Shown piece after piece: positions 22,305-31,405 of a stretch of DNA of 64,000 nt. Where the stretch lies: contig OZ245843.1 of assembly GCA_965228875.1 (NCBI GenBank), positions 3,950,616-4,014,615 of the forward strand, in the 5' to 3' direction. Numbering within the stretch: position 1 is the first letter of the stretch; each line of letters starts with the position of its first letter. The DNA comes from Thalassobaculaceae bacterium. GTDB lineage: Bacteria > Pseudomonadota > Alphaproteobacteria > Thalassobaculales > Thalassobaculaceae. The position numbers were made by a program, and so were the translations under genes. The notes beneath the pieces were generated by a model. That model did not search any database. It was not told where the DNA came from and worked only from the letters and a program-made list of their open reading frames with translations.

Positions 22305-23222
22305 CTAACCGTCCTCGCCCTGCGGCAGGCCGGCCTCGAGGGCGCCGGCGATCACCTCGGCCACCTCGTCGGCGGTGAACCCGAAGGTACGATTCTCCGG
22401 CACCTCCTGGCCCAGGGGCGTGCCGGCCACCAGCCGGTAGGTCTCGGCGGCGCCCATGAAGACCTGCGGGTCGAGGCCGACATCGTTGAAGGTGCGGGCG
22501 ATCTCTTCCATCTCGCCGACCCAGCGGTGGGCCTTGGGCGCCATGTCCGGAAGGCTGCGGTCGAAACGCTCGCGCAGGATGCGCAGGCTCGCCACCATTT
22601 CGGCGTTCAGTTCCCGGTCGACGCCATAGGCCTTGGCCGATGCCATGGACTGCACGGCGATGGCTGTCAGGCCCTTGGTCACGGCGGCATAGCTCATCTT
22701 CAGGGCCGAGGCCGCCCCGACGCCGCCGGTCACCGTCCGCATGTCGAGCCCGGCATCGCGCAGCTCCATCACCCGCCCGACGTCGTCGGCATGGCCGGAG
22801 ACGTAGAGCCGAGGCCCCATGCTGCTGGCGGATTTCGGCGGCCCGCCGATGATGCCGCCGTCGACGAAAGGCACGCCGATCCCCTCGATCACCTCGCCGA
22901 CCTCCACGGCCGAGGCCGGGGCTATGGCGTTCAGGTCGACGTAGATCGGCTTCGATCGGGCGAGGGCCAGGGCCGAGGCCAGCCGCTGCGCCAGCTCAAG
23001 CGCCGAGGCCGGCGGCAGGATCGAGAACAGGATGTCGGCGCCATCGACCGCGGCGACATCGTCTCCGGTATCGGTGATCCCCGCGCTCTCCGCGAGGGCG
23101 CGCGTCCGGTCGGAGCGGTCAGCGAGATTGGTCGTGACCGTGCGGCCGTTGGCGGTCAGCACACGGGCGATCGCGTGGCCCATGTCGCCGGGCGCGAAGA
23201 TGGCAACTCTGTCGATCGTCAT
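22305..23222 (-). CDS. NAD(P)-dependent oxidoreductase (6PGDH NAD-binding domain + DUF1932-like)
   Basis: Rossmann-like N-terminus, VDGGIIGGPP, ASALKMSYA and RWVGEMEEI. Confidence 0.8.
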   Translation of the reverse strand: MTIDRVAIFAPGDMGHAIARVLTANGRTVTTNLADRSDRTRALAESAGITDTGDDVAAVDGADILFSILPPASALELAQRLASALALARSKPIYVDLNAIAPASAVEVGEVIEGIGVPFVDGGIIGGPPKSASSMGPRLYVSGHADDVGRVMELRDAGLDMRTVTGGVGAASALKMSYAAVTKGLTAIAVQSMASAKAYGVDRELNAEMVASLRILRERFDRSLPDMAPKAHRWVGEMEEIARTFNDVGLDPQVFMGAAETYRLVAGTPLGQEVPENRTFGFTADEVAEVIAGALEAGLPQGEDG

Positions 23223-23344
23223 GCCTGGCGGTCCCTGTTGGTGGGTCTCGGATGGGCGTCACGACGGATCGCGTGATCGCAAGGTTGCACACGCGTGACA
23301 CGGAGCATAGGTTACCGCGTCAACGCTCGGGGATATACCGGTCC

Positions 23345-24760
23345 GTGCAGTACTTTAGCACCCGTGGGCAAGCGCCCGCACTCGCCTTCGACGATGTCCT
23401 CCTCTCAGGTCTGGCGCGGGATGGCGGTTTGTACGTCCCGGCCGTCTGGCCGCTGTTCTCCAAGGAGGAGATCCGCACCCTGCGCGGCCTGAGCTATGCC
23501 GAGGTCGCGACACGGGTCATGGCGCCCTTCGTCGGGGACACCCTTCCCGAGGCTGTGCTGCGGCGGATCGCGCGGGAAGCCTATGACGGTTTCGGCCATT
23601 CGGCGGTCGCGCCGCTGAAGCAGCTCGACGGCGAGCTGTGGATGATGGAGCTGTTCCACGGCCCGACCCTGGCGTTCAAGGACTACGCCATGCAGATCCT
23701 CGGCCGGCTGTTCGACCATGTCCTGGCCGAGCGCGGCGAGCGGGTGACGATCGTGGGCGCCACCTCGGGCGATACCGGATCGGCGGCGATGGAGGCCTGC
23801 CGCGACCGCGAGGCCATCGACTGTTTCATCCTGTTCCCCCACGGCCGCGTGTCGCCGGTGCAGCGCCGGCAGATGACGACGGTCGATGCGCCGAACGTGC
23901 ACGCGATCGCGGTCGAGGGGACCTTCGACGACTGCCAGGACCTGGTGAAGGCGGCGTTCGGCGACACCGAGTTCCGCGACGAGATGACCCTGTCGGCGGT
24001 CAACTCGATCAACTGGGCCCGGATCATGCCGCAGATCGCCTACTACTTCTGGGCGGCGGTGGCCCTCGGGGCGCCGGAGCGCACGGTCTCGTTCTCCGTG
24101 CCGAGCGGCAATTTCGGCAACGTCTATTCCGCCTACGCCGCGCGCAACATGGGCCTGCCGATCGAGACCCTGGTCGTCGGCACCAACGCGAACGATATCC
24201 TTTATCGCTTCCTCGATAGCGGCACGATGGAGACCACCGGCGTGCAGCCGACGCTCTCGCCCTCGATGGACATCCAGGTCTCGAGCAATTTCGAGCGGCT
24301 TCTGTTCGACCTGGTCGACCGGGACGGCCAGGCGGTGCAACGCACGATGAACGGGTTCCGCCAGTCGGGCCGCTACAGCGTCGATCCGGCGCAGCACGCG
24401 CGGGCGACCGCCCTGTTCCGCGGGGCGCGGGCCGACGACGACACGATCGTCGCCACCATCCGCGACGTGGCGGCGCGCACCGGCGAACTGATCGACCCGC
24501 ATACCGCCGTCGGGATCGAGGCGGAGCGGGCGACCCGGGCGGACCGCGACCCGACGGTGCCGATCGTCTCGCTGGCCTGCGCCCATCCGGCCAAGTTCGC
24601 CGACGCGGTGGAGCGGGCGGTGGGCACCGCCGCGCCGCTGCCGGAGCGGATGGCCGACCTCATGGACCGGCCGGAGCGCGAGACGGTGATGCCGAACGAC
24701 CTGTCGGCCCTGAAGACCCTGGTCCGCGACCGCGCCGCGCGGCGGGGAGCCGCGGCTTGA
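23345..24760 (+). CDS. thrC: threonine synthase
   Basis: YFSTRG, ELFHGPTLAFKD, GATSGDTGSAA and NSINWAR; GTG start. Confidence 0.95.
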   Translation: MQYFSTRGQAPALAFDDVLLSGLARDGGLYVPAVWPLFSKEEIRTLRGLSYAEVATRVMAPFVGDTLPEAVLRRIAREAYDGFGHSAVAPLKQLDGELWMMELFHGPTLAFKDYAMQILGRLFDHVLAERGERVTIVGATSGDTGSAAMEACRDREAIDCFILFPHGRVSPVQRRQMTTVDAPNVHAIAVEGTFDDCQDLVKAAFGDTEFRDEMTLSAVNSINWARIMPQIAYYFWAAVALGAPERTVSFSVPSGNFGNVYSAYAARNMGLPIETLVVGTNANDILYRFLDSGTMETTGVQPTLSPSMDIQVSSNFERLLFDLVDRDGQAVQRTMNGFRQSGRYSVDPAQHARATALFRGARADDDTIVATIRDVAARTGELIDPHTAVGIEAERATRADRDPTVPIVSLACAHPAKFADAVERAVGTAAPLPERMADLMDRPERETVMPNDLSALKTLVRDRAARRGAAA

Positions 24761-26031
24761 CCGCTGCCCCGCGTCCCGAGATGCGGCTGACGACCCTGGA
24801 CAGCGGTCTCACGGTCGCCACCGACGCCATGCCCTCGGTCGAGTCGGCCTCCGTCGGAGTGTGGGTCGGCGTCGGCACCCGCCACGAGAAGGCCGAGGAG
24901 AACGGCCTCGCGCACCTGATCGAACACATGGTGTTCAAGGGCACCAGGCGGCGCGACGCGGCGGACATCGCCCGCGAGATCGAGGACGTGGGCGGCCACA
25001 TGAACGCCTACACCTCGCGCGAGCAGACCGCCTACTACGCCAAGGTGCTGGCCGACGACGTGCCCGTGGCGGTCGACCTGATCGCCGACATCCTGCAGAA
25101 CTCGGTCTTCGATCCGGCCGAGCTCGACCGGGAGCGGGCGGTCATCGTCCAGGAGATCGCCCAGGTCAACGACACGCCCGACGACGTGATCTTCGACCAT
25201 TTCCAGACCGCCGCCTTCCCCAACCAGGGGCTGGGCCGGCCGGTGCTGGGCACCTCCGAGGTGGTGCGCTCGGTGCCGCGGCAGTCGCTGCTGGACTACG
25301 TGGCGGCCAGCTACGGGGGCGAATCCTGCGTGCTGTCGGTCGCCGGGCGGGTCGAGCACGAGGCTGTGGTGGCGCTGGCGCAGGAACGGTTCGCCGACCT
25401 GCCCGCGCGCACGACCAAGAGCACGGACCCCGCACGCTATGTCGGTGGCGAGGTCCGGGTCGACCGCGACCTGGAGCAGCTTCACGTGATCCTCGGCTTC
25501 CGGGGCACGTCGTTCAGCGATGCCGACTTCTACACCCTGCAGGTGCTGTCGATGCTGTACGGCGGGGGCATGTCCTCGCGCCTGTTCCAGGAGGTGCGGG
25601 AGAAGCGGGGCCTGGCCTACTCGATCTACTCGTTCACCTCGGCCTATCTCGACGACGGGCTGCTCGGCGTCTACGCGGGGACCGGCCCGCAGGAGGTCGG
25701 CGAGGTGATGCCGGTGATCTGCGATCAGCTCCGCGCCATTCCGGACGAGCTGGACGAGAGCGAGCTGGCCCGCGCCATCATCCAGCTCAAGTCGTCGCTG
25801 CTGATGAGCCGGGAGAGCACCAGCGCGCGGTGCGAGCAGATGGCCAACCACCTGCTGGTGCACGGGCGCATGCCGGACCTGGCCGACATCATCGCCCATG
25901 TGGAGGCGGTCGACGCCACCGCCATCGCCGGCGTGGTGGAGCGTCTGCTGGCCGATCCGCCGACCCTGTCCGCCGTCGGCCCGACCGGTTCGCTGGAGAG
26001 CTACGATGCAATCCGCGCCCGCCTGAGCTGA
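24757..26031 (+). CDS. M16 family zinc peptidase (MPP-like)
   Basis: HLIEH inverted Zn motif, NAYTSRE and SSRLFQEVREKRGLAYS. Confidence 0.92.
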   Translation: MTAAPRPEMRLTTLDSGLTVATDAMPSVESASVGVWVGVGTRHEKAEENGLAHLIEHMVFKGTRRRDAADIAREIEDVGGHMNAYTSREQTAYYAKVLADDVPVAVDLIADILQNSVFDPAELDRERAVIVQEIAQVNDTPDDVIFDHFQTAAFPNQGLGRPVLGTSEVVRSVPRQSLLDYVAASYGGESCVLSVAGRVEHEAVVALAQERFADLPARTTKSTDPARYVGGEVRVDRDLEQLHVILGFRGTSFSDADFYTLQVLSMLYGGGMSSRLFQEVREKRGLAYSIYSFTSAYLDDGLLGVYAGTGPQEVGEVMPVICDQLRAIPDELDESELARAIIQLKSSLLMSRESTSARCEQMANHLLVHGRMPDLADIIAHVEAVDATAIAGVVERLLADPPTLSAVGPTGSLESYDAIRARLS

Positions 26032-26051
26032 GGGCTGTTCCTTATCACTTG

Positions 26052-26155
26052 CCCACCTCCCGGCCTTTAGCCGGGACCCACGGGTCAGACGGCATGAGCG
26101 CTGGAAGCTTTGGAAGCGGACTGACGTAGGCGCCGGAACAGGTCCGGGGAGTGGG
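26052..26155. repeat. REP-like palindromic doublet between convergent genes
   Basis: CCCACCTCCCGGCCTTTAGCCGGGACCCA ... GGCGCCGGAACAGGTCCGGGGAGTGGG, mutually inverted hairpin units. Confidence 0.6.
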
Positions 26156-26170
26156 TGACGTCGGACGGCC

Positions 26171-26758
26171 CTACAACTCCCGCAGCATCAGCAGAACCCC
26201 GCCCTCGTGGGGCAGGCGCGGATGGGTCGGGATGTCGGCCGCGCCCACCTGCCGGAACCCGCATGTTCGGTACAGTCCGAGCGCCGGTGCGTTGTCGGCG
26301 AAGACCCGCAGCGTCAGTTCGGTGAACCCCGCCGCCCGCGCCTTCTCGACGACCGCGTCCAACAGCGCCCGGCCGACCCCGTGGCCGCTGGCCCTGGCAC
26401 CGACCGCCAACATGTTGACGAACCAGGAGCCCGGCCGACCCAACGCCTGGACCGGCGCCACATGGGCGGCGCGGTCTTCGGGAACGCTGGCCTCCAGGCC
26501 GGAGGGCGGCTGATCGTCGAACGGCTGGCTGGTGATCGCGCCGACCGGTTCGCCGTCCAGCTCCGCGATCAGGACGCGGCTCCAGGACAGGGCGGTGTCG
26601 GCCGACAGCACCGCCTGCAGCATGAGCTGGGCGGCGCCGGGCTCTCCCGGGCGGTCGTCGTAGATGAACTCGTAGACCCCGCCGCCGGCGAGAATGTCGA
26701 GGGCGGCGAGGACCGGCGCATCCCTGGGACGCGCCGGCCGGATCGTCAGGTCAGGCAC
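26171..26758 (-). CDS. GNAT family N-acetyltransferase
   Basis: SGHGVGRALL motif A and N..ALGLYRTCGF. Confidence 0.88.
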   Translation of the reverse strand: MPDLTIRPARPRDAPVLAALDILAGGGVYEFIYDDRPGEPGAAQLMLQAVLSADTALSWSRVLIAELDGEPVGAITSQPFDDQPPSGLEASVPEDRAAHVAPVQALGRPGSWFVNMLAVGARASGHGVGRALLDAVVEKARAAGFTELTLRVFADNAPALGLYRTCGFRQVGAADIPTHPRLPHEGGVLLMLREL

Positions 26759-26777
26759 AAGTCGGAACGGATCCGGC

Positions 26778-27803
26778 TCACGCCGCCTTCTTCAGGTGCT
26801 TGGCCACCAGTTCCTCGGCGATCTGCACCGCGTTCAGGGCGGCACCCTTGCGCAGATTGTCGCTGACGCACCAGAACACCAGGCCGTTCTTCACCGTCGG
26901 GTCGACGCGGATGCGGCTGATATAGACCGGATCCTCGCCGGCGCTCTCGACCGGGGTGACGTAGCCCTCGTCGGCGCGATGGTCGACGATCACCAGGCCG
27001 GGGAAGCCCTGCATCGCCTGCCGCGCGCTGTCGGCGTCGATCGGCTTTTTCGTCTCGATGAACACCGCCTCGGAATGGCCGATGAACACCGGCACGCGCA
27101 CGCAGGTGGCGACCACGTCGATGTCCGGGTCGAGGATCTTCTTGGTCTCGACCGTCATCTTCCACTCCTCCTTGGTGAACCCGTCCTCCATGAACTTGTC
27201 GATGTGGGGGATCACGTTGAAGGCGATCTGCTTGGTGAAATTCTCGCGCTCGATCGGGTCGTTCACGTAGACCGAGCGGGTCTGGTTGAACAGCTCGTCC
27301 ATGCCCTCCTTGCCGGCGCCGGAGACCGACTGGTAGGTCGAGACGACCACCCGCTTGATGCCGAAGGCGTCATGCAGCGGCTTCAGCGCCACCACCATCT
27401 GCGCGGTCGAGCAGTTCGGGTTGGCGATGATGTTCTTCTTGCCGTACTTCGCGACCGCGCCCGGATTGACCTCCGGGACGATCAGCGGCACGTCCGGGTC
27501 CATGCGGAAGGCGGAGCTGTTGTCGATCACGACGCAGCCGGCCTGCCCGGCCTTGGGCGCGTACTCCTTGGAGACGTCGCCGCCGGCGGAGAACAGGGCG
27601 ATGTCGGCTCGTGCGAAATCGAACTCGGCCAGGTTCTGAACGGTCAGCGTGCCGTCCTCGCCGTAGGAGACCTCGTTTCCGGCGGAGCGCCCGGAGGCCA
27701 GCGCGATGACCTCGTCGGCCGGGAAGTTGCGCTCGGCCAGGGTGGTCAGCATCTCGCGTCCCACCGCACCCGTGGCGCCGACGACGGCAACTCTGTAGCC
27801 CAT
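26778..27803 (-). CDS. asd: aspartate-semialdehyde dehydrogenase
   Basis: VVGATGAVG, ANPNCST, STYQSVSGAG and DNLRKGAALNAVQIAE. Confidence 0.97.
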   Translation of the reverse strand: MGYRVAVVGATGAVGREMLTTLAERNFPADEVIALASGRSAGNEVSYGEDGTLTVQNLAEFDFARADIALFSAGGDVSKEYAPKAGQAGCVVIDNSSAFRMDPDVPLIVPEVNPGAVAKYGKKNIIANPNCSTAQMVVALKPLHDAFGIKRVVVSTYQSVSGAGKEGMDELFNQTRSVYVNDPIERENFTKQIAFNVIPHIDKFMEDGFTKEEWKMTVETKKILDPDIDVVATCVRVPVFIGHSEAVFIETKKPIDADSARQAMQGFPGLVIVDHRADEGYVTPVESAGEDPVYISRIRVDPTVKNGLVFWCVSDNLRKGAALNAVQIAEELVAKHLKKAA

Positions 27804-27911
27804 TTCTCTCTCCTCTCGCGATGTGCCCGATCTGGGGGCACGCGACGTCCGGCCGGGGTTTACGCCCCCCGGTCCTGCATCGCAAGCACGCAAACGGAAG
27901 GGCGGAAGCCG

Positions 27912-28025
27912 CTAGCCGGTGGTCTTGGTGGTGGTTTTCGGGGTGGTGAACGCGCAGACGCCGGCGCCGGCCGCCACGGGGGCGGGGCGCAGGAGAAGGT
28001 CAGCCATGGAAGCCGTCGCGTTCAT
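27912..28025 (-). CDS. putative asd leader peptide (Thr/Lys-rich, 37 aa; alternative ATG at 28007)
   Basis: Ends ACC ACC CCG AAA ACC ACC ACC AAG ACC ACC GGC TAG, 108 nt before the asd start, followed by hairpins. Confidence 0.65.
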   Translation of the reverse strand: MNATASMADLLLRPAPVAAGAGVCAFTTPKTTTKTTG

Positions 28026-28123
28026 GGGCAGGACGTATAGGGGAAAACGCGGCTGTGGGGAAGAGCACTTCTGACGGCGACCGGCGCGCGCTAGGGTTGA
28101 GGAGGGAACGCCGGGGGGAAGGG

Positions 28124-31100
28124 ATGAAGCGACTGCGGATCGGGCCTTTCGAGATCGGCCTTGCGAATGTGGGGCTCGCCCTGGGCAAAGAGACGGTCCA
28201 GTTCGCCGCCGAAGATCTGGTCGGCGGCGGGGCATCGACCATTACCAAGATCGTCCTCTCCCAGGTGACCCTCGCCGAAGGAGAAACGGAAACCCCCGAG
28301 TCCCGGGCCACGCTCTGCGTGAACCGCGCGCTGGTCCATGCGGCGATGGAAGTGCTTACCGAGGCGGATCGGCACAGGGACCGCCGGCGGGCGATCAATC
28401 GCAGGGTGGAGCCGACGATCATCACCCTCGATGATCTTGACCCCGAGTTTCTGGAGAAACCCGAAGGCATACCCGTTCGGGAGACGCTTGAACGCGGAGT
28501 CAGCAACGAGTTGACCGAGGCCGGGTTCTCCCCGGAACAGGTGCTGGCGTTCGTCAGTCCATTGCAGGACAGGTTCATCATCGCCCTGCGCGATCTTTGG
28601 AAGCGGATGAAGCTCGATGGCCACACGCCCCGCGCTCTGGGGGTCACACCCGGCCTCGGCCCTGCGGCGGAGCGGGCAAAGCTCTGGAACGAAGCGGAGA
28701 AGGCGCTCATCGCCTGGCCGGACGACCCGGCGGCGAACACCCTGTTCCTTGATCGCGAGCTGTTCCCGAAGCCGTTCTCGATCCGCGACATCCATGTCGA
28801 CCTGCGCGCCTACGAGGTCCTGAAAGACGCGGGCGGCGGCATGGACGCGGACGTTGTCGCGCGGTCCGGCGGCGAAGAGCGCAGGCGCCGCGCGCGGCGG
28901 GTCGAGATCAAGGATGCGGTGACCGACTGGATGAACGACCCGGACGGCGCGCCGATCCGCTTCGTCAGCGGCGGGCCGGGATGCGGGAAATCGACCTTCG
29001 CGCGGATGCTGGCGGCGCGGGTGGCGGCCGATCCCGCCTGGCGGGTGCGGTGCGTCGAGCTGCACATGGTCGGGAAAGGCGATCTCTGGCAGTGGATCAC
29101 GGATACGACGGCGAAATCCCGGACACAGGCACGGGCCATGGTCGAGAGCGCCCTCGCCCTCGCCCGTCGCCGGATGCTGCTGATCCTCGACGGCCTCGAC
29201 GAACTGGCGACGCGCGGTCCGAAGGGGATGGAGCGGGCGGCGGAGATCGCGGGCGAGATCTCGGACCGCCTCCTGGCGTTCAAGGCGGACGGCTCCCACG
29301 TTCGGGCCCTGTTCCTCGGCCGCGATCTTGCGGTGCAGCGGGGTGAGGTCGCGGCCCTCATCCGGGCACGCACGCTGCACGTCATGCCGCTGCTGCCGTC
29401 GGACGATCTGATCCGGAGCATGGAGTGGGAGGGAGACCAGCCGGACGATGAGTTGGTCGGTCTCTTGAACCGGAAGTTCGACGAGGTTGGCGTCGTCACG
29501 CCGCGCATCCCCGAGGCATCGCCGGCGGGATCCGCCGTCCGCGAGTTGCTGGCCACGCCGGTCACCCAGGCGCTGCTCGTGCGCTATCTGGCGGCGCATC
29601 CGCAGGCCCAGGATGGCGACGGCGGTCCCGGCCTGCTCGAGACGCTGGATCGGGCAACCCTCTATTACGATGTGCTGAAGGATACCCATGCCCGGTCCTG
29701 GGGCCGGCTGTCCGGGACGGAGTTGAACGCGCTGCCGCAGTTCGGGCCGTTCCTGCGCTTCATGGAGGATGTGGCGCTGGCCTGTTTCCAGGACTCGACG
29801 CGCGCCGCCACGGTGGAGGCCATCGCCAGGCTCCTGCCGGACCAGGCGTTGCGCAGCGATCTGCGCCTGGCGGCGCGGAAGAAGGACATCGTCCCGGAGC
29901 AGGCGCTTCTGGCCTTCCATGTGCGGTTCCGGGGCGATGTCGGGGACCGGCGGATCGAATTCACCCACAAGTCCTTCGCCGACTACCTGCTGGCGCGGCG
30001 GTTGCTGCGGGCGGCGCGGGAGGGGGTGGGGCTCGGCGCATGGGGGGCGCTGTTCGGGGCGTTCCGGATCGAGATGGCGGTGGTCGACTTCCTGCGGCCC
30101 GAGGCGGCGCGGCAGCGGGCCGCCGGCGAGACCGGTACCGGCAAGACTGGTTCCGGCGAGCGTGCTACCGGCGAGCTCGCGGCGGGGGATGCGCGCGACC
30201 ATCTGGCCGGCCTGCTGGCAGAGGCGGTCGGGCCGGGATTTCCGATCGCCTCCCTGGCGGCGGCGATGGGCGACGCACCGGGGACGGGCGATCTCGCCCG
30301 AAGGGTCGCCGATGGCGAGGTCGCGCTGCTGGCGACGCTGGACGCGGTGTGCCGGGCACTCGACACCGAAGAGGAACCCGCCCGCGCCACCATCGACTGG
30401 CCGGACGAATGGGCCGCGTGGCGGATGATCGGGAGGCAGCCGCCGCCATCCGACGATTTCGACGTTCTGATGCGTCGCAAGCCGCCGACCGATCCGTTCC
30501 GCGAATGTCTGGGGCGATTGATCCATGTCATGGACAGGACGGTGTCTCGGGATATGGAGTCTTCAATCGCCGGGGCCGCCGAGGAAATGCCCCGGCCCCG
30601 GCGATTGCGGCTGAAAAACGCGAACCTTCTGGGCGCGAACCTTCGTGGCGCGGACCTTCAGCGCGCGGACCTTGAGCGCGCGGACCTTCAGCGCGCGGAC
30701 CTTGAGCGCGCGGACCTTCAGCGCGCGAACCTTCTGGGCGCGGACCTTCGTGGCGCGGTCCTTCAGCGCGCGAACCTTCGGGACGCGGACCTTCGTGGCG
30801 CGGACCTTCAGCGCGCGAACCTTCTGGGCGCGGACCTTCGTGGCGCGGTCCTTCAGCGCGCGAACCTTCGGGACGCGGACCTTCGGGACGCGGACCTTGA
30901 GCGCGCGGACCTTGAGGGCGCGGTCCTTCAGCGCGCGAACCTTCTGGGCGCGGACCTTGAGGGCGCGGACCTTGAGGGCGCGGACCTTCGGGACGCGGAC
31001 CTTCGTGGCGCGGTCCTTCAGCGCGCGAACCTTCGGGGGGTGAAGGGGGGGGAGGGCGAAACCGGGATCCGCGCCGGCCGCAACCTCGAGCACGCGATCC

Positions 31101-31141
31101 TGACGCCGGCGCTGCGGGAGTCCCTCGGCCCCGAGCCGTAG
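28124..31141 (+). CDS. NACHT/STAND-like P-loop NTPase with C-terminal pentapeptide repeats
   Basis: IRDIHVDL pre-NTPase motif, Walker A GGPGCGKS, Walker B LLILDGLDE, EFTHKSFADYL winged-helix motif and 28 A(D/N/V)Lxx repeats. Confidence 0.85.
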   Translation: MKRLRIGPFEIGLANVGLALGKETVQFAAEDLVGGGASTITKIVLSQVTLAEGETETPESRATLCVNRALVHAAMEVLTEADRHRDRRRAINRRVEPTIITLDDLDPEFLEKPEGIPVRETLERGVSNELTEAGFSPEQVLAFVSPLQDRFIIALRDLWKRMKLDGHTPRALGVTPGLGPAAERAKLWNEAEKALIAWPDDPAANTLFLDRELFPKPFSIRDIHVDLRAYEVLKDAGGGMDADVVARSGGEERRRRARRVEIKDAVTDWMNDPDGAPIRFVSGGPGCGKSTFARMLAARVAADPAWRVRCVELHMVGKGDLWQWITDTTAKSRTQARAMVESALALARRRMLLILDGLDELATRGPKGMERAAEIAGEISDRLLAFKADGSHVRALFLGRDLAVQRGEVAALIRARTLHVMPLLPSDDLIRSMEWEGDQPDDELVGLLNRKFDEVGVVTPRIPEASPAGSAVRELLATPVTQALLVRYLAAHPQAQDGDGGPGLLETLDRATLYYDVLKDTHARSWGRLSGTELNALPQFGPFLRFMEDVALACFQDSTRAATVEAIARLLPDQALRSDLRLAARKKDIVPEQALLAFHVRFRGDVGDRRIEFTHKSFADYLLARRLLRAAREGVGLGAWGALFGAFRIEMAVVDFLRPEAARQRAAGETGTGKTGSGERATGELAAGDARDHLAGLLAEAVGPGFPIASLAAAMGDAPGTGDLARRVADGEVALLATLDAVCRALDTEEEPARATIDWPDEWAAWRMIGRQPPPSDDFDVLMRRKPPTDPFRECLGRLIHVMDRTVSRDMESSIAGAAEEMPRPRRLRLKNANLLGANLRGADLQRADLERADLQRADLERADLQRANLLGADLRGAVLQRANLRDADLRGADLQRANLLGADLRGAVLQRANLRDADLRDADLERADLEGAVLQRANLLGADLEGADLEGADLRDADLRGAVLQRANLRGVKGGEGETGIRAGRNLEHAILTPALRESLGPEP
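30620..31039 (+). repeat. 28 x 15-bp coding tandem repeat (pentapeptide repeat)
   Basis: Every unit reads GCG-(GAC/AAC/GTC)-CTT-NNN-NNN. Confidence 0.95.
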
Positions 31142-31183
31142 CCGCAGGACCGCGACCTGCCCGAGGACTGAGCCTGGCCCCTC

Positions 31184-31383
31184 GTCATCCCGGCGGATGC
31201 CGGAATCTCTCGGGACCGGAACCTCTTGGGGCCTGCGCCTGGGCGGCGCGGGCGGGGCGGACCCGTCTTCTCCGACCGCCGAGCGGACGGGTGGGCCCGG
31301 GCACAAGGCCGGGGAGAGAGCCCGCGAGGGGCGGGGCGCCTGAGGAAGACCGGATGGAGGTCCCGGATCAGGTCCGGGACGAC
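31184..31383. repeat. REP-like inverted doublet (GTCATCCCGG type)
   Basis: GTCATCCCGGCGGATGCCGGAATCTC (31184-31209) and GAGGTCCCGGATCAGGTCCGGGACGAC (31357-31383), between convergent genes. Confidence 0.7.
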
Positions 31384-31405
31384 CGGCGGGTGGGACGCCC
31401 CGGCG

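Noticed and set aside
30620..31039. Repeat array as a CRISPR array or DGR template
   Set aside because: 15-bp in-frame coding units without unique spacers; no cas or reverse transcriptase gene in the window.
30563..31306. Antisense KVRAL-repeat ORF and alternative-frame ARTFS-repeat ORF
   Set aside because: Open only because the stop-free 15-bp unit repeats; the A(D/N)Lxx frame is the recognisable protein.
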